DNA of 64,000 bases from an uncultured Methylomirabilota bacterium (GCA_963705305.1 OY970067.1:1760001-1824000), one strand, 5' to 3'; numbered from the stretch's first letter, positions 1 to 10,543 are shown. Translations and numbers: made by a program. The notes: generated from the letters alone by a model not told the origin.

Positions 1-152
1 ATGCTGTTCGACTCCGGGTCCAGCGAGGTGCGCAGCTTGGCGTCGTCGGTCACTTGCGCGATCGCCTTGTCCGCCTGCGTCTTCAGCTTGCGCAGCTCCT
101 GTACCAGGACCTCCAGCACGTTCGCTCCCGCTGTCTCCCCGCTCTGAGGCAT
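1..152 (-). CDS. DUF1572/DinB-superfamily protein, 5' part (runs off window start)
   Basis: Manual translation MPQSGETAGANVLEVLVQELRKLKTQADKAIAQVTDDAKLRTSLDPESNS; GGAGG RBS upstream; KAIAQ..DPESNS pattern typical of DUF1572. Confidence 0.65.
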   Translation of the reverse strand, partial: MPQSGETAGANVLEVLVQELRKLKTQADKAIAQVTDDAKLRTSLDPESNS

Positions 153-280
153 CACAGATCCTCCTGTTCGACGGCGCACGCCCCCCTGGCGGCATCCCGT
201 CTTCAGAATCATACCCCGCCAGCGATCCGATCTCCAGCGTCCTCGATCCCGTCCGTCCCTACGGCGGACGACGGGACTGA

Positions 281-790
281 CTACGACCGCCCCCGTGGCG
301 GGTCGGCGGGATAGACTGTCGCATACCTGGCGAGGGTCGCGAGACAGAGCTTGACCGCGTTCAGCGTGTACTGGAAGCAGCGCGCCTTCCGACGCTCTTC
401 GGCCTCGGCCGTCCCCTGCCGCAGCAAGTCCCCGATGAGCTCGCAACAGCCGGTGGCTCCGAACGTGGTCCGGAACTGGCACACGAAATCCCGGCTGACC
501 TCGTAGGCCCGCTCCTTGCTGCCCTGGGGGGGATTGCGCCGCCCGTGCATCAGGCCGAGGGCCGCCACCCCGCCCGACACGGCCCCGCAGACATTGTCCC
601 GGGTTCCCCCGATTCCGCCCCCCAGGCCCGAGAGCATGGCGACGGCCTCCACCGGGATGTCAGATTCCACGAAGTGACGCACGACCAGGAAGACCCGCTC
701 CGCGCAATTCGGTCCATCCGCATACCGCTTGTGGATCGCCTCGATCTCACCGGCAATCTGTTTGGGGTCCAGGTGTCTCATGTCTGTCAT
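281..790 (-). CDS. C-GCAxxG-C-C family putative redox protein
   Basis: NCAE, GLGGGIG..VCGAVSGG, FGATGCCEL and C-terminal ARC motifs. Confidence 0.85.
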   Translation of the reverse strand: MTDMRHLDPKQIAGEIEAIHKRYADGPNCAERVFLVVRHFVESDIPVEAVAMLSGLGGGIGGTRDNVCGAVSGGVAALGLMHGRRNPPQGSKERAYEVSRDFVCQFRTTFGATGCCELIGDLLRQGTAEAEERRKARCFQYTLNAVKLCLATLARYATVYPADPPRGRS

Positions 791-856
791 GGGTGTGGCC
801 CTCGATGAGTGGTTGGATGGCTTCGATGGATCCGCATCGTCTGCGGCGCGATCGAT

Positions 857-1225
857 TCATCCGATGGCGCGCAGGATCGCGACGTGGAGCTGCTCGGGCT
901 GGTCGGTGCCGAGGATGATCCCTCTCCCGTTCTTCAGCCGGACGGCCACGGCATCGAATCCCGAGACATTGTAGAGCCGACCGCGGGACGTTGCGCGGAT
1001 TCCCCACCCGTGGATCACCCGTGTTCGGGTGACCTCGGCCGTCTGAATCTCCGAGAGCGGGACTTCCCTGCGAATGATCCCGAGGCTGAAGGCCCAGCGG
1101 AGGGCCTGGTCGGTCACCTGGATCGTCAACGACGAGAAGAGGGCGGCGCAGGCGGAAAGGACGGCCCCCACCAGCAGCAGGAGCGCCCGCGGAGCAGGCA
1201 ACAGGGTGGGCAGATACACGCACAT
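857..1225 (-). CDS. Small membrane protein with PH-like C-terminal domain
   Basis: Hydrophobic N-terminus; GWGIR..LYNVSG.DAV.V.LKNGR.I.LGTDQP; start uncertain. Confidence 0.6.
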   Translation of the reverse strand: MCVYLPTLLPAPRALLLLVGAVLSACAALFSSLTIQVTDQALRWAFSLGIIRREVPLSEIQTAEVTRTRVIHGWGIRATSRGRLYNVSGFDAVAVRLKNGRGIILGTDQPEQLHVAILRAIG

Positions 1226-1240
1226 GACCGCCGCGCCTCT

Positions 1241-1804
1241 TCACTTCATCAGCCGCTTGCCGGCATCCCAGGCGCCGCCCACCCGTTCACCCATCTTCCA
1301 GTACGTGTTGTCCGGCATCGTCAGCGTGAAGGGCTGCAGGCGGGTGACATCCAGAGCGCCGCCGATCAGCACGCCTCCCTCGGCGCAGGCCTCCACGATC
1401 TCTCCGATGAAGAGGTCGTTGGTGGGAAAGGAAACAGTTTGGACGAGCGTGCAGGCCAGGCAGAGTCGGCACTCCCGGATCAGCGGGGCGTGCTGGAGGC
1501 CGCCGTAGAAGACGCCGAAGAGCTTGCCCTTGTCGGTCTCCCTGCCGGAGACGAGGCCGCAGTAGTCCACTTTCTCCACGAGGTCCAGCCCCGGGACGTT
1601 GACGCTGAACTCCTTGTGCTCGCGGATGCCGCTGCAGGTGTAGTGCGACTTCGCCAGCGAGATGCCAACCATCGGCGGCTGGAAATTCACCCGCGAGATC
1701 CACCCGACCGGCATGAAGTTTACCTGCCCATCCACCACGGCCCCCACCAGCGCCACCGGCATCGGATAGATGGACACGTTGTTGTCGATTCGCGTCTTCG
1801 CCAT
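1241..1804 (-). CDS. Flavin reductase family protein (flavoredoxin-like)
   Basis: YPMPVALVG, EFSVNVP, VDYCGLVSGR, APLIREC, LFIGEIVE; GGAGG RBS. Confidence 0.9.
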   Translation of the reverse strand: MAKTRIDNNVSIYPMPVALVGAVVDGQVNFMPVGWISRVNFQPPMVGISLAKSHYTCSGIREHKEFSVNVPGLDLVEKVDYCGLVSGRETDKGKLFGVFYGGLQHAPLIRECRLCLACTLVQTVSFPTNDLFIGEIVEACAEGGVLIGGALDVTRLQPFTLTMPDNTYWKMGERVGGAWDAGKRLMK

Positions 1805-1880
1805 GCATCCTCCTCCCAGATTGATGCGACCGCGGCTCTCGCCACGCCGGGGAATTCCTGCCGGTCTTCGGGTCGGATGA

Positions 1881-1977
1881 CCCCATTCCGAAAATATCTC
1901 ACCGCCAAGGCGCCAAGGGAAAAATTCGAATTTCGAATTTCGAAATTGAAAGGGGCTATCATGCCGTCATAGTGGTC
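1881..1977 (+). repeat. Repeat family A copy 1 (ACCGCCAAGGCGCCAAG end with TTCGAA tandem core)
   Basis: Near-identical to 43372-43474 and to the reverse complement of 42373-42454; right inverted end is degenerate. Confidence 0.85.
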
Positions 1978-2301
1978 CAAGAGCTCTTTCGGGCCAGGGA
2001 TGAAAGGTCAGGCCATACTGTACCCCGTCCCCCGGGCGAGCAACAGCAATCTCCCCCGCACGCCGGGAAACGTCCACAGCCCCATACCTTCGTTGCCACG
2101 GCCGACGGGAACTTGGCGGTCCGGCCACGGCCATGCCGACCGCGCCGGGAGGCGCCAGGCGGTTTGCGGCGCAGGATGGGCAAGCACGTTCGCGGAGGCC
2201 GGCCGGGTCAGACCGTGCGCCGCCGGGTCGCGGCCGCTGGCGAGTCGGCATTCGCCCGGGGCTCGCCGCCGCGGTTCGTGAGGGTCCGGATTCGATTCTG
2301 C

Positions 2302-3108
2302 TTATCCCACGTCCGCCCACACCAATGCCGAGCGCATCCCGTCGGGCCAGCGATAGCCCCCGCCCTCACAGGTGAGGCGGCGCGAGAGGACCTCCCGGAC
2401 CAGCTCGTCATGGTGCGTCCCGCGAAGCCCGAGCTGCCGCTTGGCCCTCTCCAGGGCCGCCTCCAGCGTCGGATCGCCCCACGAGCGCGCCGGGCGCGAC
2501 TCCATCAGGACATTCGGGTAGAAGCCCGCCACGAGGAGCAGGTTATAGCCCACCGCGAAATTGGGGCTGTCGTGCCAGCATCCGCGGATCCGCTGCGACA
2601 ATTCTCCGATGACGCCGTCATGGGCCGGAACGCGCAGCGCCAGGTACCACGTGCGGAGCGCGCTGGCCGCCATCTTGCGGACGAAGCCGGCAAGGTCCGC
2701 GGTGGAATAGGTGGCGTGGGCGGCGATGACCACATCATGGGGCGGCAGGTCGGCCTCCATCCAGGGCGCGGCCACCACGTCGAGGTTGCCGATCTGCCGG
2801 GCGGCCGCCCGCTCCAGGAGGATCTGCCGCATCTCCGCGAGCGGCTCCACCGCCGTGACCCGGCGCACGTGCCGAGCGATGGGCAGGCTCCAGCGGCCGA
2901 TGCCCGCCCCGATGTCCAGCACCGTCATCTCCGGTGCCAGCCGTCCCAGGATGAATTCCAGCAGGGGCTCCGGCTCGCGGCGCTCCCCCTTGTCGAGCTG
3001 CTGCGCCACTCGCCGCCACCGCGCGACCATCTGCGCCTGATCCCCGGCGCCGGCCATGCGGTCGGACGAGGCCAGCTCTTTCCAGAGGGCCTCCCAGTCG
3101 ATCGGCAT
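2302..3108 (-). CDS. Class I SAM-dependent methyltransferase
   Basis: VLDIGAGIGR motif I, VTAVEP; GGAGG RBS. Confidence 0.88.
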   Translation of the reverse strand: MPIDWEALWKELASSDRMAGAGDQAQMVARWRRVAQQLDKGERREPEPLLEFILGRLAPEMTVLDIGAGIGRWSLPIARHVRRVTAVEPLAEMRQILLERAAARQIGNLDVVAAPWMEADLPPHDVVIAAHATYSTADLAGFVRKMAASALRTWYLALRVPAHDGVIGELSQRIRGCWHDSPNFAVGYNLLLVAGFYPNVLMESRPARSWGDPTLEAALERAKRQLGLRGTHHDELVREVLSRRLTCEGGGYRWPDGMRSALVWADVG

Positions 3109-3358
3109 CGCCATCCCCTCCTGTTCCCGCATGGATCCCGCTGCTCCAGGCTGCGCAAGACCGTAGCATGCGCGTGTGGGGCGTCAAGCCCAATTGGTAG
3201 GAGCCTCGTGATGACGTGCGGCGCCCGGGTGGATGTCCCGGGTTTCCCTGCCCGCCCAGCCGGGGTTCCTGCTATACTCCTCCGCATCGTGCCCCAACCG
3301 CAAGTCTGACCGGAGGCGGCTCGCGGCACCACACACCCTTCAACCAAGGAGGAGCGGG

Positions 3359-4150
3359 ATGGGAGGCTTGCAAGGGAAGGTTGCCATCGTGACCGGCGCC
3401 AGCACGGGCATGGGGCGCGCCATCGCGGCCGCCCTGGCGGGCCAGGGGGCCATCCTCGGCCTGGTCGCGCGAAGCGCCGACCGGCTGGCGGAAAGCGCCG
3501 GCCTGATCCGGGCCGGGGGAGGCCAGGTCGTGGACTTCTCCGGGGACGTGGCCGATGACGAGGTCGCCAAGCGGACCGTCCAGGCGATGCTGGATCGCTA
3601 CGGCCGCATCGACATCCTGGTCAACAACGCCGGCACCAACACGTTTCACCGCAATCTGGCCGATACGTCGCCCCAGGACTGGCGGCGGGTCCTGGAGACC
3701 AATCTCACCGGCGCGTACCTCTTCACCCGCCGGGTTCTTCCCCCCATGCGGCAGGCGGGTCGGGGGTTGATCGTCCTGATCTCTTCCGGCGCCGGCCTCC
3801 AGCCGAGCGCCCCGGCGGGCGTGGCCTACTCCGCCTCCAAGCACGCGATGCATTCCCTGGCCGGGTCGATCAACGCCGAAGAGCGGCGCCACGGAATCCG
3901 GGCCTGCGTCATCGCCCCCGGCGAAACCGACACCCCCAACCTGACCCTGCGGCCGCGGCCTCCCGCCAAGGAGGACCTGGCCACGATGCTGCGGCCCGAG
4001 GACATCGCCGACGCGGTGGCCTACGTCGCCGGCCAGCCGGACCACGTGGCGGTCGAGATGATCGTCATCAACCCGACCGCGAAGCGGAACTACCAGGCCG
4101 ACTACGAGCGCTACACCGCTGAGGGCCACACCCGCGTCCCCCTGGACTGA
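3359..4150 (+). CDS. SDR family oxidoreductase
   Basis: TGASTGMG, NNAG, YSASK; AGGAGG RBS before ATG 3359. Confidence 0.92.
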   Translation: MGGLQGKVAIVTGASTGMGRAIAAALAGQGAILGLVARSADRLAESAGLIRAGGGQVVDFSGDVADDEVAKRTVQAMLDRYGRIDILVNNAGTNTFHRNLADTSPQDWRRVLETNLTGAYLFTRRVLPPMRQAGRGLIVLISSGAGLQPSAPAGVAYSASKHAMHSLAGSINAEERRHGIRACVIAPGETDTPNLTLRPRPPAKEDLATMLRPEDIADAVAYVAGQPDHVAVEMIVINPTAKRNYQADYERYTAEGHTRVPLD

Positions 4151-4283
4151 GCCCGCCCCCGGACGAAACGCTGTCCCTCGCAGAACACCGCGGCCCTTCG
4201 GGGACTCCCCGAAGGGCCCTGGCATCTGCTCGGCGAGTGGACCAGCGCGTCGCTAGCAAGTTACCGAAAATCTCGCCTTCGCT

Positions 4284-4410
4284 AAGGCTGCTCAAAAGGG
4301 CCCAGATGCAAGGCGCCGCGGGATCCGAGGCGCGAGGCGTACTTCCCGCGTACGCCGCAGCGCCGCGGGAGTGCGGCAACGCCGCCAGATGGGCCTTCTT
4401 CAGCAGCCTT
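4284..4410. repeat. Repeat family B copy 1 (MITE-like, AGGCTGCT.AA inverted ends) between convergent genes
   Basis: AAGGCTGCTCAAAAGGGCCCA...TGGGCCTTCTTCAGCAGCCTT; internal GCGAGGCGTAC..GTACGCCGCAGCG shared with 24384-24556. Confidence 0.8.
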
Positions 4411-5256
4411 CTACCCCTTCACCGCCCCCGCCGTGAGCCCGGACACGTAGTGCTTGACGAAGAACGAATAGATGAAGGCGACGGGGAGCGAGCCCAGGAC
4501 CGCCGCGGCCATGAGCGAGCCCCAGAACAGGACGTCGGCCTTGATCAGGTCGCTCACCACCCCGACCGGGATGGTCTTCATGTCGCCGGAGGACATGAAG
4601 ATCAGGGCGTAGAGGAACTCGTTCCAGCAGAGGGTGAAGCAGAAGATCCCCGCCGAGAGCACGCCCGGCACGGACAGCGGCAGAACCATCCGCCAGAGAA
4701 TCTGGAGGCGCGAGCAGCCGTCGGCCATGGCGCTCTCCTCGATCTCTTTCGGAATGGTGCGGAAGTACCCCATCAGCAGCCAGGAGGCGAAGGGAATGAG
4801 CTGCGTGGGGTAGGTCAGGATGAGGGCCCAGTAAGTATTGTACAGACCCAGCTTGTAGATCACCTGCGCCAGCGGCAGGAACAGAAGGGTGGGCGGGACC
4901 AGATAGGCGAGGAAGATCCCCACCCCCAGGAAATTGCTTCCGGGGAAGCGCAGCCGGGCCAGGGCGTAGCCGGCGAACACGCTGCAGACCAGCGACAGCA
5001 GGGTGGAGACGACCGACACGATCAGCGTGTTCTTCACCCATTCGGGAAAGGCGGTATGCGTAAACAGATAGGTGTAGTTCTCCCACGTGAAGCGGTGGAT
5101 CCAGAAGGGATTGTACTTCATGTCGAACAGGTCGTTGGTGTGCTTGAACGAGACGATGCCCATCCAGTAGAAGGGAAAGAGCAGGAAAAGCAGATAGAAG
5201 GCCAGCGGCAGGTAGATGTTCAGCAGCCGGTTCGTGAACCGCTCGCTCCCGACCAT
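4411..5256 (-). CDS. Carbohydrate ABC transporter permease (MalG-like)
   Basis: EESAMADG EAA loop, multiple TM helices, ends GLTAGAVKG. Confidence 0.93.
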   Translation of the reverse strand: MVGSERFTNRLLNIYLPLAFYLLFLLFPFYWMGIVSFKHTNDLFDMKYNPFWIHRFTWENYTYLFTHTAFPEWVKNTLIVSVVSTLLSLVCSVFAGYALARLRFPGSNFLGVGIFLAYLVPPTLLFLPLAQVIYKLGLYNTYWALILTYPTQLIPFASWLLMGYFRTIPKEIEESAMADGCSRLQILWRMVLPLSVPGVLSAGIFCFTLCWNEFLYALIFMSSGDMKTIPVGVVSDLIKADVLFWGSLMAAAVLGSLPVAFIYSFFVKHYVSGLTAGAVKG

Positions 5257-5257
5257 C

Positions 5258-6154
5258 CTACTCCTCCCTCCGGATATACGCGAGGAGGATCACCGCGAAC
5301 ACGGTCAGGATCGGGAACATGTACAGGGCGATGGCCGCCCCCATGCCGATCTCCGTCGCCGCCAATCCGATCTGGTAGGCGTAGGTGCCGAAGATATGGG
5401 TCATGTTGGCAGGCCCCCCCTTGGTCAACACGTAGATCAGCTGGAAGTCCGCGAACGTCCAGATAATGGAGAGCAGGGTCGCGATCAGGACGACCCCCTT
5501 GACGTGGGGCACCGTCACGTGCAGGAACCGATGCCACATACCGGCGCCGTCGATGGCCGCCGCCTCGTGCAGATCGGCAGGCACGGCTTGGAGGCCGGCC
5601 AGGATGGTGATGGCGAAGAAGGGGGTCCCCCGCCAGATATTGACCAGACACACGGAAGAGATGGCCAGCTTTGGATCTCCCAGGAAATTGATATTCTGCT
5701 GGATGAGCCCGTAATGCTTGAGCAGCCACGAGATCGGGCTGAACACCGGGTCGAAGATCATGAACCAGCCCAGGGTGGAGAGCGCGGTGGGCACGATCCA
5801 CGGCATCATCACCGCGGCGCGAATCGGATTGCTGAACCGCATGTGGTTGTTCAGCACCAGGGCCAGGCCCAGGCCCAGGGCCGCCTTGAAGGGCACCGTC
5901 ACCATGGCGTAGATGAAGGTGTTCCACGTCGTCTGGATGAAGATGCTGTCACTCAGGAGATCCGAGAAATTCCTGAGCCCGATGTACTGGCCCATCCGCC
6001 CGATCGCGCTGTCGGTGACCGACAGCCAGACCCCGTAGAAGAACGGATAGGCCATGAACACGATGAGCAGCAAGGCCCCGGGCAGCATCAGGATGACGCC
6101 CAGGCTCGACTCGCGCTCCAGCAGCGACCCCGAGGTCACGGCGGTGCCGTGCAT
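5258..6154 (-). CDS. Carbohydrate ABC transporter permease (MalF-like)
   Basis: LAGLQAVPADLHEAAAIDGA, TKGGPAN; start approximate. Confidence 0.93.
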   Translation of the reverse strand: MHGTAVTSGSLLERESSLGVILMLPGALLLIVFMAYPFFYGVWLSVTDSAIGRMGQYIGLRNFSDLLSDSIFIQTTWNTFIYAMVTVPFKAALGLGLALVLNNHMRFSNPIRAAVMMPWIVPTALSTLGWFMIFDPVFSPISWLLKHYGLIQQNINFLGDPKLAISSVCLVNIWRGTPFFAITILAGLQAVPADLHEAAAIDGAGMWHRFLHVTVPHVKGVVLIATLLSIIWTFADFQLIYVLTKGGPANMTHIFGTYAYQIGLAATEIGMGAAIALYMFPILTVFAVILLAYIRREE

Positions 6155-6247
6155 TTCAGCCCTGGGACTCAAGTCACCCTCCAAGGCGAGAGCAGCCGCA
6201 TCGCCTGCGGCTGCTCTGGAATTCCAAGCGCGAACGCAAAAGGAAAT

Positions 6248-6279
6248 CCGGACGGCGTGGGGACCCCCACGCCGTCCGG
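6248..6279 (-). terminator. Strong hairpin between SBP and permease genes (terminator or mRNA-stabilising)
   Basis: CCGGACGGCGTGGG / CCCACGCCGTCCGG perfect inverted repeat. Confidence 0.6.
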
Positions 6280-6292
6280 GTCAGGACCACCA

Positions 6293-7633
6293 CTAGAGCC
6301 CGTACGCTCGCTTCAGCTGCTCAGCACCCCACTCCACCGCGGCCTTGGCGTCGCCCGACTGGATCGCCCTGGCGTAGGTATCGACCAGGATGTACTTCGA
6401 CCAAGCCAGGGCTGCCTTCTCGTTCGGCGGCCCGGCGTAGCCCGCGTTGATGCCATATTTGGGCTGTTCCCGGAAGGGGGCCATCTTCGGGTCCTTGAAC
6501 CACATCGGGTCATTGGCCAGCTTCGTGACGTGCTGAAGCTGGTAGCCCTCCTGGAGTCGCCACCAGGCATTGTACTGCTCGTCCTCGAACCACCACTTCA
6601 AGAATTCCTTCCCGGCCGCAATGTTCTTGGAATTCTTGAGGATGGCAAAGGTCCGCGTCTCCAGCCAGTAGAACCGACCGGACGGGCCCTTGGGGATGAG
6701 CATGTGGTGCATGTCCTGCGCGATCTGCGGCTGGTCCTTCTTGGCCACGAAGTAGATACTGGAGCCGTTCAGCGTGGACGCGATCTGGCCCGCCAGGAAC
6801 GCCCGGTTGTTGCTGCTGTCGTCCCAGGAGGTGCCGGTCTCGTCATAGCCGTCCTTCCAGGCCTGGAGGAACCTCCGCATGGCATCCACAAATTCAGGCT
6901 TATTGAACTCGATATGCTTCTCGTCCTTGGAAACCTCCATGGCCCCGTGGGCCCACATGTAGGGATACACGAAGCTCGGCGGGTCACCGGTGCTGTGCCC
7001 GAACGCCTGACCGAACGGGTGGCCGGCCGCCTTGCACTTCTTGGCGATGGCGTGGTACTCGTCCCAGGTCAGATCGACTTTGTTGCCGTCCTCCGCGTTG
7101 GGGCACCCGCCTTCCTTGAGCCAGCTGATCCGATAGTTCACGGAGTCGTTGCTGTACCCGAGAGGGATCCCCAGATAGCGGCCGTTCACCGGAGCGGACC
7201 GCAGCACGTACTGCTCGAAGCCACCCCCGCGCTTGCCGACCTCCTCCGCCTCCGGAGTAAGGTCGACGAGGTTATTCCTGTACAGGAAATTCCAGGTAGG
7301 CCACAGGTCCACCACGTCCGTACCGCCGGCCTGGACGGCCGCGGCGATCTTGGGCTGCAGGTCGGGCCAGTTCAGGAAGTCCACCGCGGTGTCGACGCCG
7401 GCCATCTTCCCCCACTCCGCGACTTGCTTCTTGAAGAAGTCCTGAGCGGGGGCGATGAAATAGGTTGCCTGGAGAATCCGTAGTGAGGTGCCCTTGATAA
7501 CTGCCGGGGCCGCACCGAACGCCCGGTTGGGCAATGACCCGAGGGCGGCCGCGCCCACGCCGACGAGTCCCGCGGTCTTGAGGAAGGACCGCCGGCTCAC
7601 CTGGCCTGTCTTCCGCTCCTTCGTCTTTCCCAT
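6293..7633 (-). CDS. Sugar ABC transporter substrate-binding protein with Tat signal
   Basis: SRRSFLK twin-arginine motif; WDDSSNNRAFLAGQIASTLNGSSIY; upstream of two permeases. Confidence 0.9.
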   Translation of the reverse strand: MGKTKERKTGQVSRRSFLKTAGLVGVGAAALGSLPNRAFGAAPAVIKGTSLRILQATYFIAPAQDFFKKQVAEWGKMAGVDTAVDFLNWPDLQPKIAAAVQAGGTDVVDLWPTWNFLYRNNLVDLTPEAEEVGKRGGGFEQYVLRSAPVNGRYLGIPLGYSNDSVNYRISWLKEGGCPNAEDGNKVDLTWDEYHAIAKKCKAAGHPFGQAFGHSTGDPPSFVYPYMWAHGAMEVSKDEKHIEFNKPEFVDAMRRFLQAWKDGYDETGTSWDDSSNNRAFLAGQIASTLNGSSIYFVAKKDQPQIAQDMHHMLIPKGPSGRFYWLETRTFAILKNSKNIAAGKEFLKWWFEDEQYNAWWRLQEGYQLQHVTKLANDPMWFKDPKMAPFREQPKYGINAGYAGPPNEKAALAWSKYILVDTYARAIQSGDAKAAVEWGAEQLKRAYGL

Positions 7634-8002
7634 TCCGATTCTCCTTTACGAGAGAAAGCCGTGTTTGGATCATCGGAGCGCGTCCCTGGTGTTCCGTGTA
7701 TTGGTTGCGTTCACCTCCTTTCCCATCCTGCCCGCAAGTGCCTCACGTCCCGGCCGCACCGTCGGCGTCCCGCGCCGCGGCCTCAAAAAACACACGGCGG
7801 CCTGCTCGAGGTGCCGTCACCTCAGGCGGGCCGCCGTGTTTCTTTCGCACGAACCGCCGTGCAAGCCGCCATCAGTCTCCTACTGCGGCGATCGCCGGCA
7901 AGGTCCCTTAACGTATGCACGCTATCAATGATACAAGAGCAAAGTCAAGCTGAAATCTTCCGGGTTGCCCCCGTGCGACGCAGGCCTCTCCCGGGCCTTG
8001 GA

Positions 8003-10114
8003 TCACCGCTTCTTCAGGATGACCCGGGCGTCCACGACCTTGCAGCCGTTGCCCTTGGCATAGACGAGCACCGGGTTCGCGTCCGTCTCGGCGATCTCGT
8101 CCTCCAGGTCGCTCACCAGCTGGCTCAGGCGGCTGAGGACCGTCGCGACGGCCTCCTGGTCCCGCCGCTTCTCGCCCCGGGCGCCCTCGAGCAGGGGGAA
8201 GCTCCGGATCTCGGCCTGCATCAGCATCCCGCATTCCTGGGAGATCGGCGCCACGCGGAAGGTGACGTCCTTCAGCACCTCCACGAAGATGCCCCCCAGT
8301 CCGAACATGACCGTCGGCCCGAAGGTCGGATCGCAGACCGTGCCGCAGATGACCTCCGTTCCGGCCGGCGCCATCTCGGAGACCAGGATGCCGTGGATAT
8401 CGGCGTCCGCCTTGTACTTTCGGGCGTTCTCCAGGATGGTCCGGTAGGCCGCCCGCACGCCCTCGGCATCCTTGATGTTCACCTTCACCCCGCCGGCGTC
8501 GCTCTTGTGCAGGATGTCCGGCGAGACGATCTTCAGGACCACGGGATAGCCGCACCGGCCGGCGATGGCCACGGCTTCCTCTTCGGTCTTGGCCAGCGCG
8601 GCGCGGGTGACGGGCAGGCCGTAGGCGGCAAAGACCTCCTTGGCCTCGGGCTCGGTGAGGGCGGTGCGCCCGCTCTGGCGGGCATTGGCGATGACGGCCT
8701 GGGCCCGCCGCTTGTCCACGTCCGTGTACGGCTCGAAATCGATCTTGCAGCCCTCTTCCGCGTACTTGGCGGCTTGGCGCAGGGTCGCCAGGGCCGCCAT
8801 GGCCTTGTTGGGGCAGTCGAAATACGGGATGGAGGCCTCCAGCAGCCGCTTCCCGGCCTCCACGCTGCCCGCCCCTCCCACGAAGCAGGCCACGATGGGC
8901 TTGTCGCTGACCCCCGACTCCCGCAGCTTCCGGATCACCGTCTCGGCGATGTCGAGGCCCTTGGTCACGGCCGTCTCGCAGTAGAAGACCCCGATCCCGT
9001 GCACCCAGGGCGCCTTCAGGGCGATCTCCAGGGCCCCCTCGTACCCGGCCACGCCGGATCCCCCGGTGATGTCCACCGGGTTCTTCGGGCTCCCGTAGTC
9101 CGGCATGAATTTCCGGAATTCGGCCTGCAGCTCGGGGGGCGCCGTGTGCAGGGGAATGCCCTGCCGCTCGGCCGCATCCGAGCCCAGCACGCCGATCCCG
9201 CCGCCGTTGGTGATGATGACGACATTGTCCCCGCGGAGCAGCGGCTGCATGGACAGCGCCTGGCTGCGGTTCAACAGATCGTCCAGATCGCTGGCCCAGA
9301 TCATGCGGACCTGCTTGCAGGCGGCCTCGTAGATCTTGGCCGAGCCGGCCAGCGAGCCGGTGTGGGACGCGGCGGCGGCGGCCCCGTGGGCTGACACCCC
9401 GGCCTTGAGGGCCACGATGGGCTTGCCCGCCCAGCGGCCGGCCTGCAGGAAATTGCGGCCGCTCCGCACCCCTTCGATGTAGAGGGCGATGCAGTTGGTG
9501 TTTGGATCCTGGGCGTAGTACTCGATGCAGTCCGCGAAATCCACGTCCGCCATGTTCCCCAGCGAGATCATGGAGGAGATGCCGAACCGGCGGACGTGCG
9601 TGACCGTATCCAGGGCGATGATGAGGGCCCCCGACTGGGAGATGAGTGCGGTCTGGCCGGGATAGGGCAGCATGGGGGCAAAGCTGGCGTTGGCCCGGCC
9701 GGGATTGCTCATGATGCCCACGATGTTGGGGCCGATGACCCGGCCGCCGGACTCGCGGGCGATCCGGACGAGCTCCCACTCCTCGGCGTGCTTGCCGATC
9801 TCGCCGAAGCCGCTGGTGATGACGATGTGCCCCTTGACTCCCTTCTTGGCGCACTGGCGGGCCGCCTCCAGGCACTTGTCGGCGGGGATGCAGTAGACGG
9901 CGGCATCCACCGGGCCCGGGACATCCAGAACGGACGGATACGCCTTCAGGCCGAGGATCTCGTCCGATCCCGGGTTGATCGGATAGATGGGTCCGGGGAA
10001 TCCCCCCTCGATCAGGTTCTTGGTAACCTGGTTCCCGATGGTTCCATCCCGGCGAGAGGCGCCGATAATGGCGACCGAACTGGGGTTGAAGACGGGATCG
10101 AGTTCTGGCGGCAT
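8003..10114 (-). CDS. Acetate/acyl-CoA ligase (ADP-forming), fused alpha-beta
   Basis: CoA-binding SVAIIGAS, SQSG, ASHTGSLAG phospho-His, NPVDITG, ATP-grasp YPVVLKIVSPDILHKSDAGGV; no GNAT domain. Confidence 0.9.
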   Translation of the reverse strand: MPPELDPVFNPSSVAIIGASRRDGTIGNQVTKNLIEGGFPGPIYPINPGSDEILGLKAYPSVLDVPGPVDAAVYCIPADKCLEAARQCAKKGVKGHIVITSGFGEIGKHAEEWELVRIARESGGRVIGPNIVGIMSNPGRANASFAPMLPYPGQTALISQSGALIIALDTVTHVRRFGISSMISLGNMADVDFADCIEYYAQDPNTNCIALYIEGVRSGRNFLQAGRWAGKPIVALKAGVSAHGAAAAASHTGSLAGSAKIYEAACKQVRMIWASDLDDLLNRSQALSMQPLLRGDNVVIITNGGGIGVLGSDAAERQGIPLHTAPPELQAEFRKFMPDYGSPKNPVDITGGSGVAGYEGALEIALKAPWVHGIGVFYCETAVTKGLDIAETVIRKLRESGVSDKPIVACFVGGAGSVEAGKRLLEASIPYFDCPNKAMAALATLRQAAKYAEEGCKIDFEPYTDVDKRRAQAVIANARQSGRTALTEPEAKEVFAAYGLPVTRAALAKTEEEAVAIAGRCGYPVVLKIVSPDILHKSDAGGVKVNIKDAEGVRAAYRTILENARKYKADADIHGILVSEMAPAGTEVICGTVCDPTFGPTVMFGLGGIFVEVLKDVTFRVAPISQECGMLMQAEIRSFPLLEGARGEKRRDQEAVATVLSRLSQLVSDLEDEIAETDANPVLVYAKGNGCKVVDARVILKKR

Positions 10115-10469
10115 GTGAAACCTCCTCAAACACGTGTCGTAGGGAACAGCGTCATGCCGCACTCCTCTGCTTCCCCTCCAGGTGAGCAACCTTCCGCTCG
10201 CAGGCGAACGCGGCAGGGGCATCCAGTCGTGGCCCCTCTCTTTGCAAAGCGATCTTTCCAGCTGCGAAGAGCGCCCTGGGAGAATATACCTCGCAGGTAC
10301 CCTTCTCGCGGCCGATCTCCTCCTCCTTCTTTCAAAGGAATCAGTCCAGCCTCTGCCTACACGCTAGAGGCGACTGGCCCGGAAATCAATGAAATGCGGG
10401 ACATTGGCTGGAATAGCGAACCTTGGTTCGGACACCAAGGCGGTGGGAATTCCGGACGATCCGGCAGGA

Positions 10470-10508
10470 GGGGAACGCCTTCAACCGCCCTCGAGGAAGG
10501 CGTTCCCC
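10470..10508 (-). terminator. Hairpin downstream of aminotransferase
   Basis: GGGGAACGCCTTC / GAAGGCGTTCCCC 13-bp inverted repeat. Confidence 0.5.
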
Positions 10509-10543
10509 CCGGGGCGAAGGGCTTCGAAGCCCTGAACCCCGGG

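Noticed and set aside
1921..1950. TTCGAA tandem units as a CRISPR array or iterons
   Set aside because: Units are 7 nt with no spacers, and no cas or rep genes are present; treated as part of repeat family A
8003..10114. Protein lysine acetyltransferase (Pat/Pka)
   Set aside because: No GNAT domain and the catalytic His (SHTG) is intact, which fits an ADP-forming ligase
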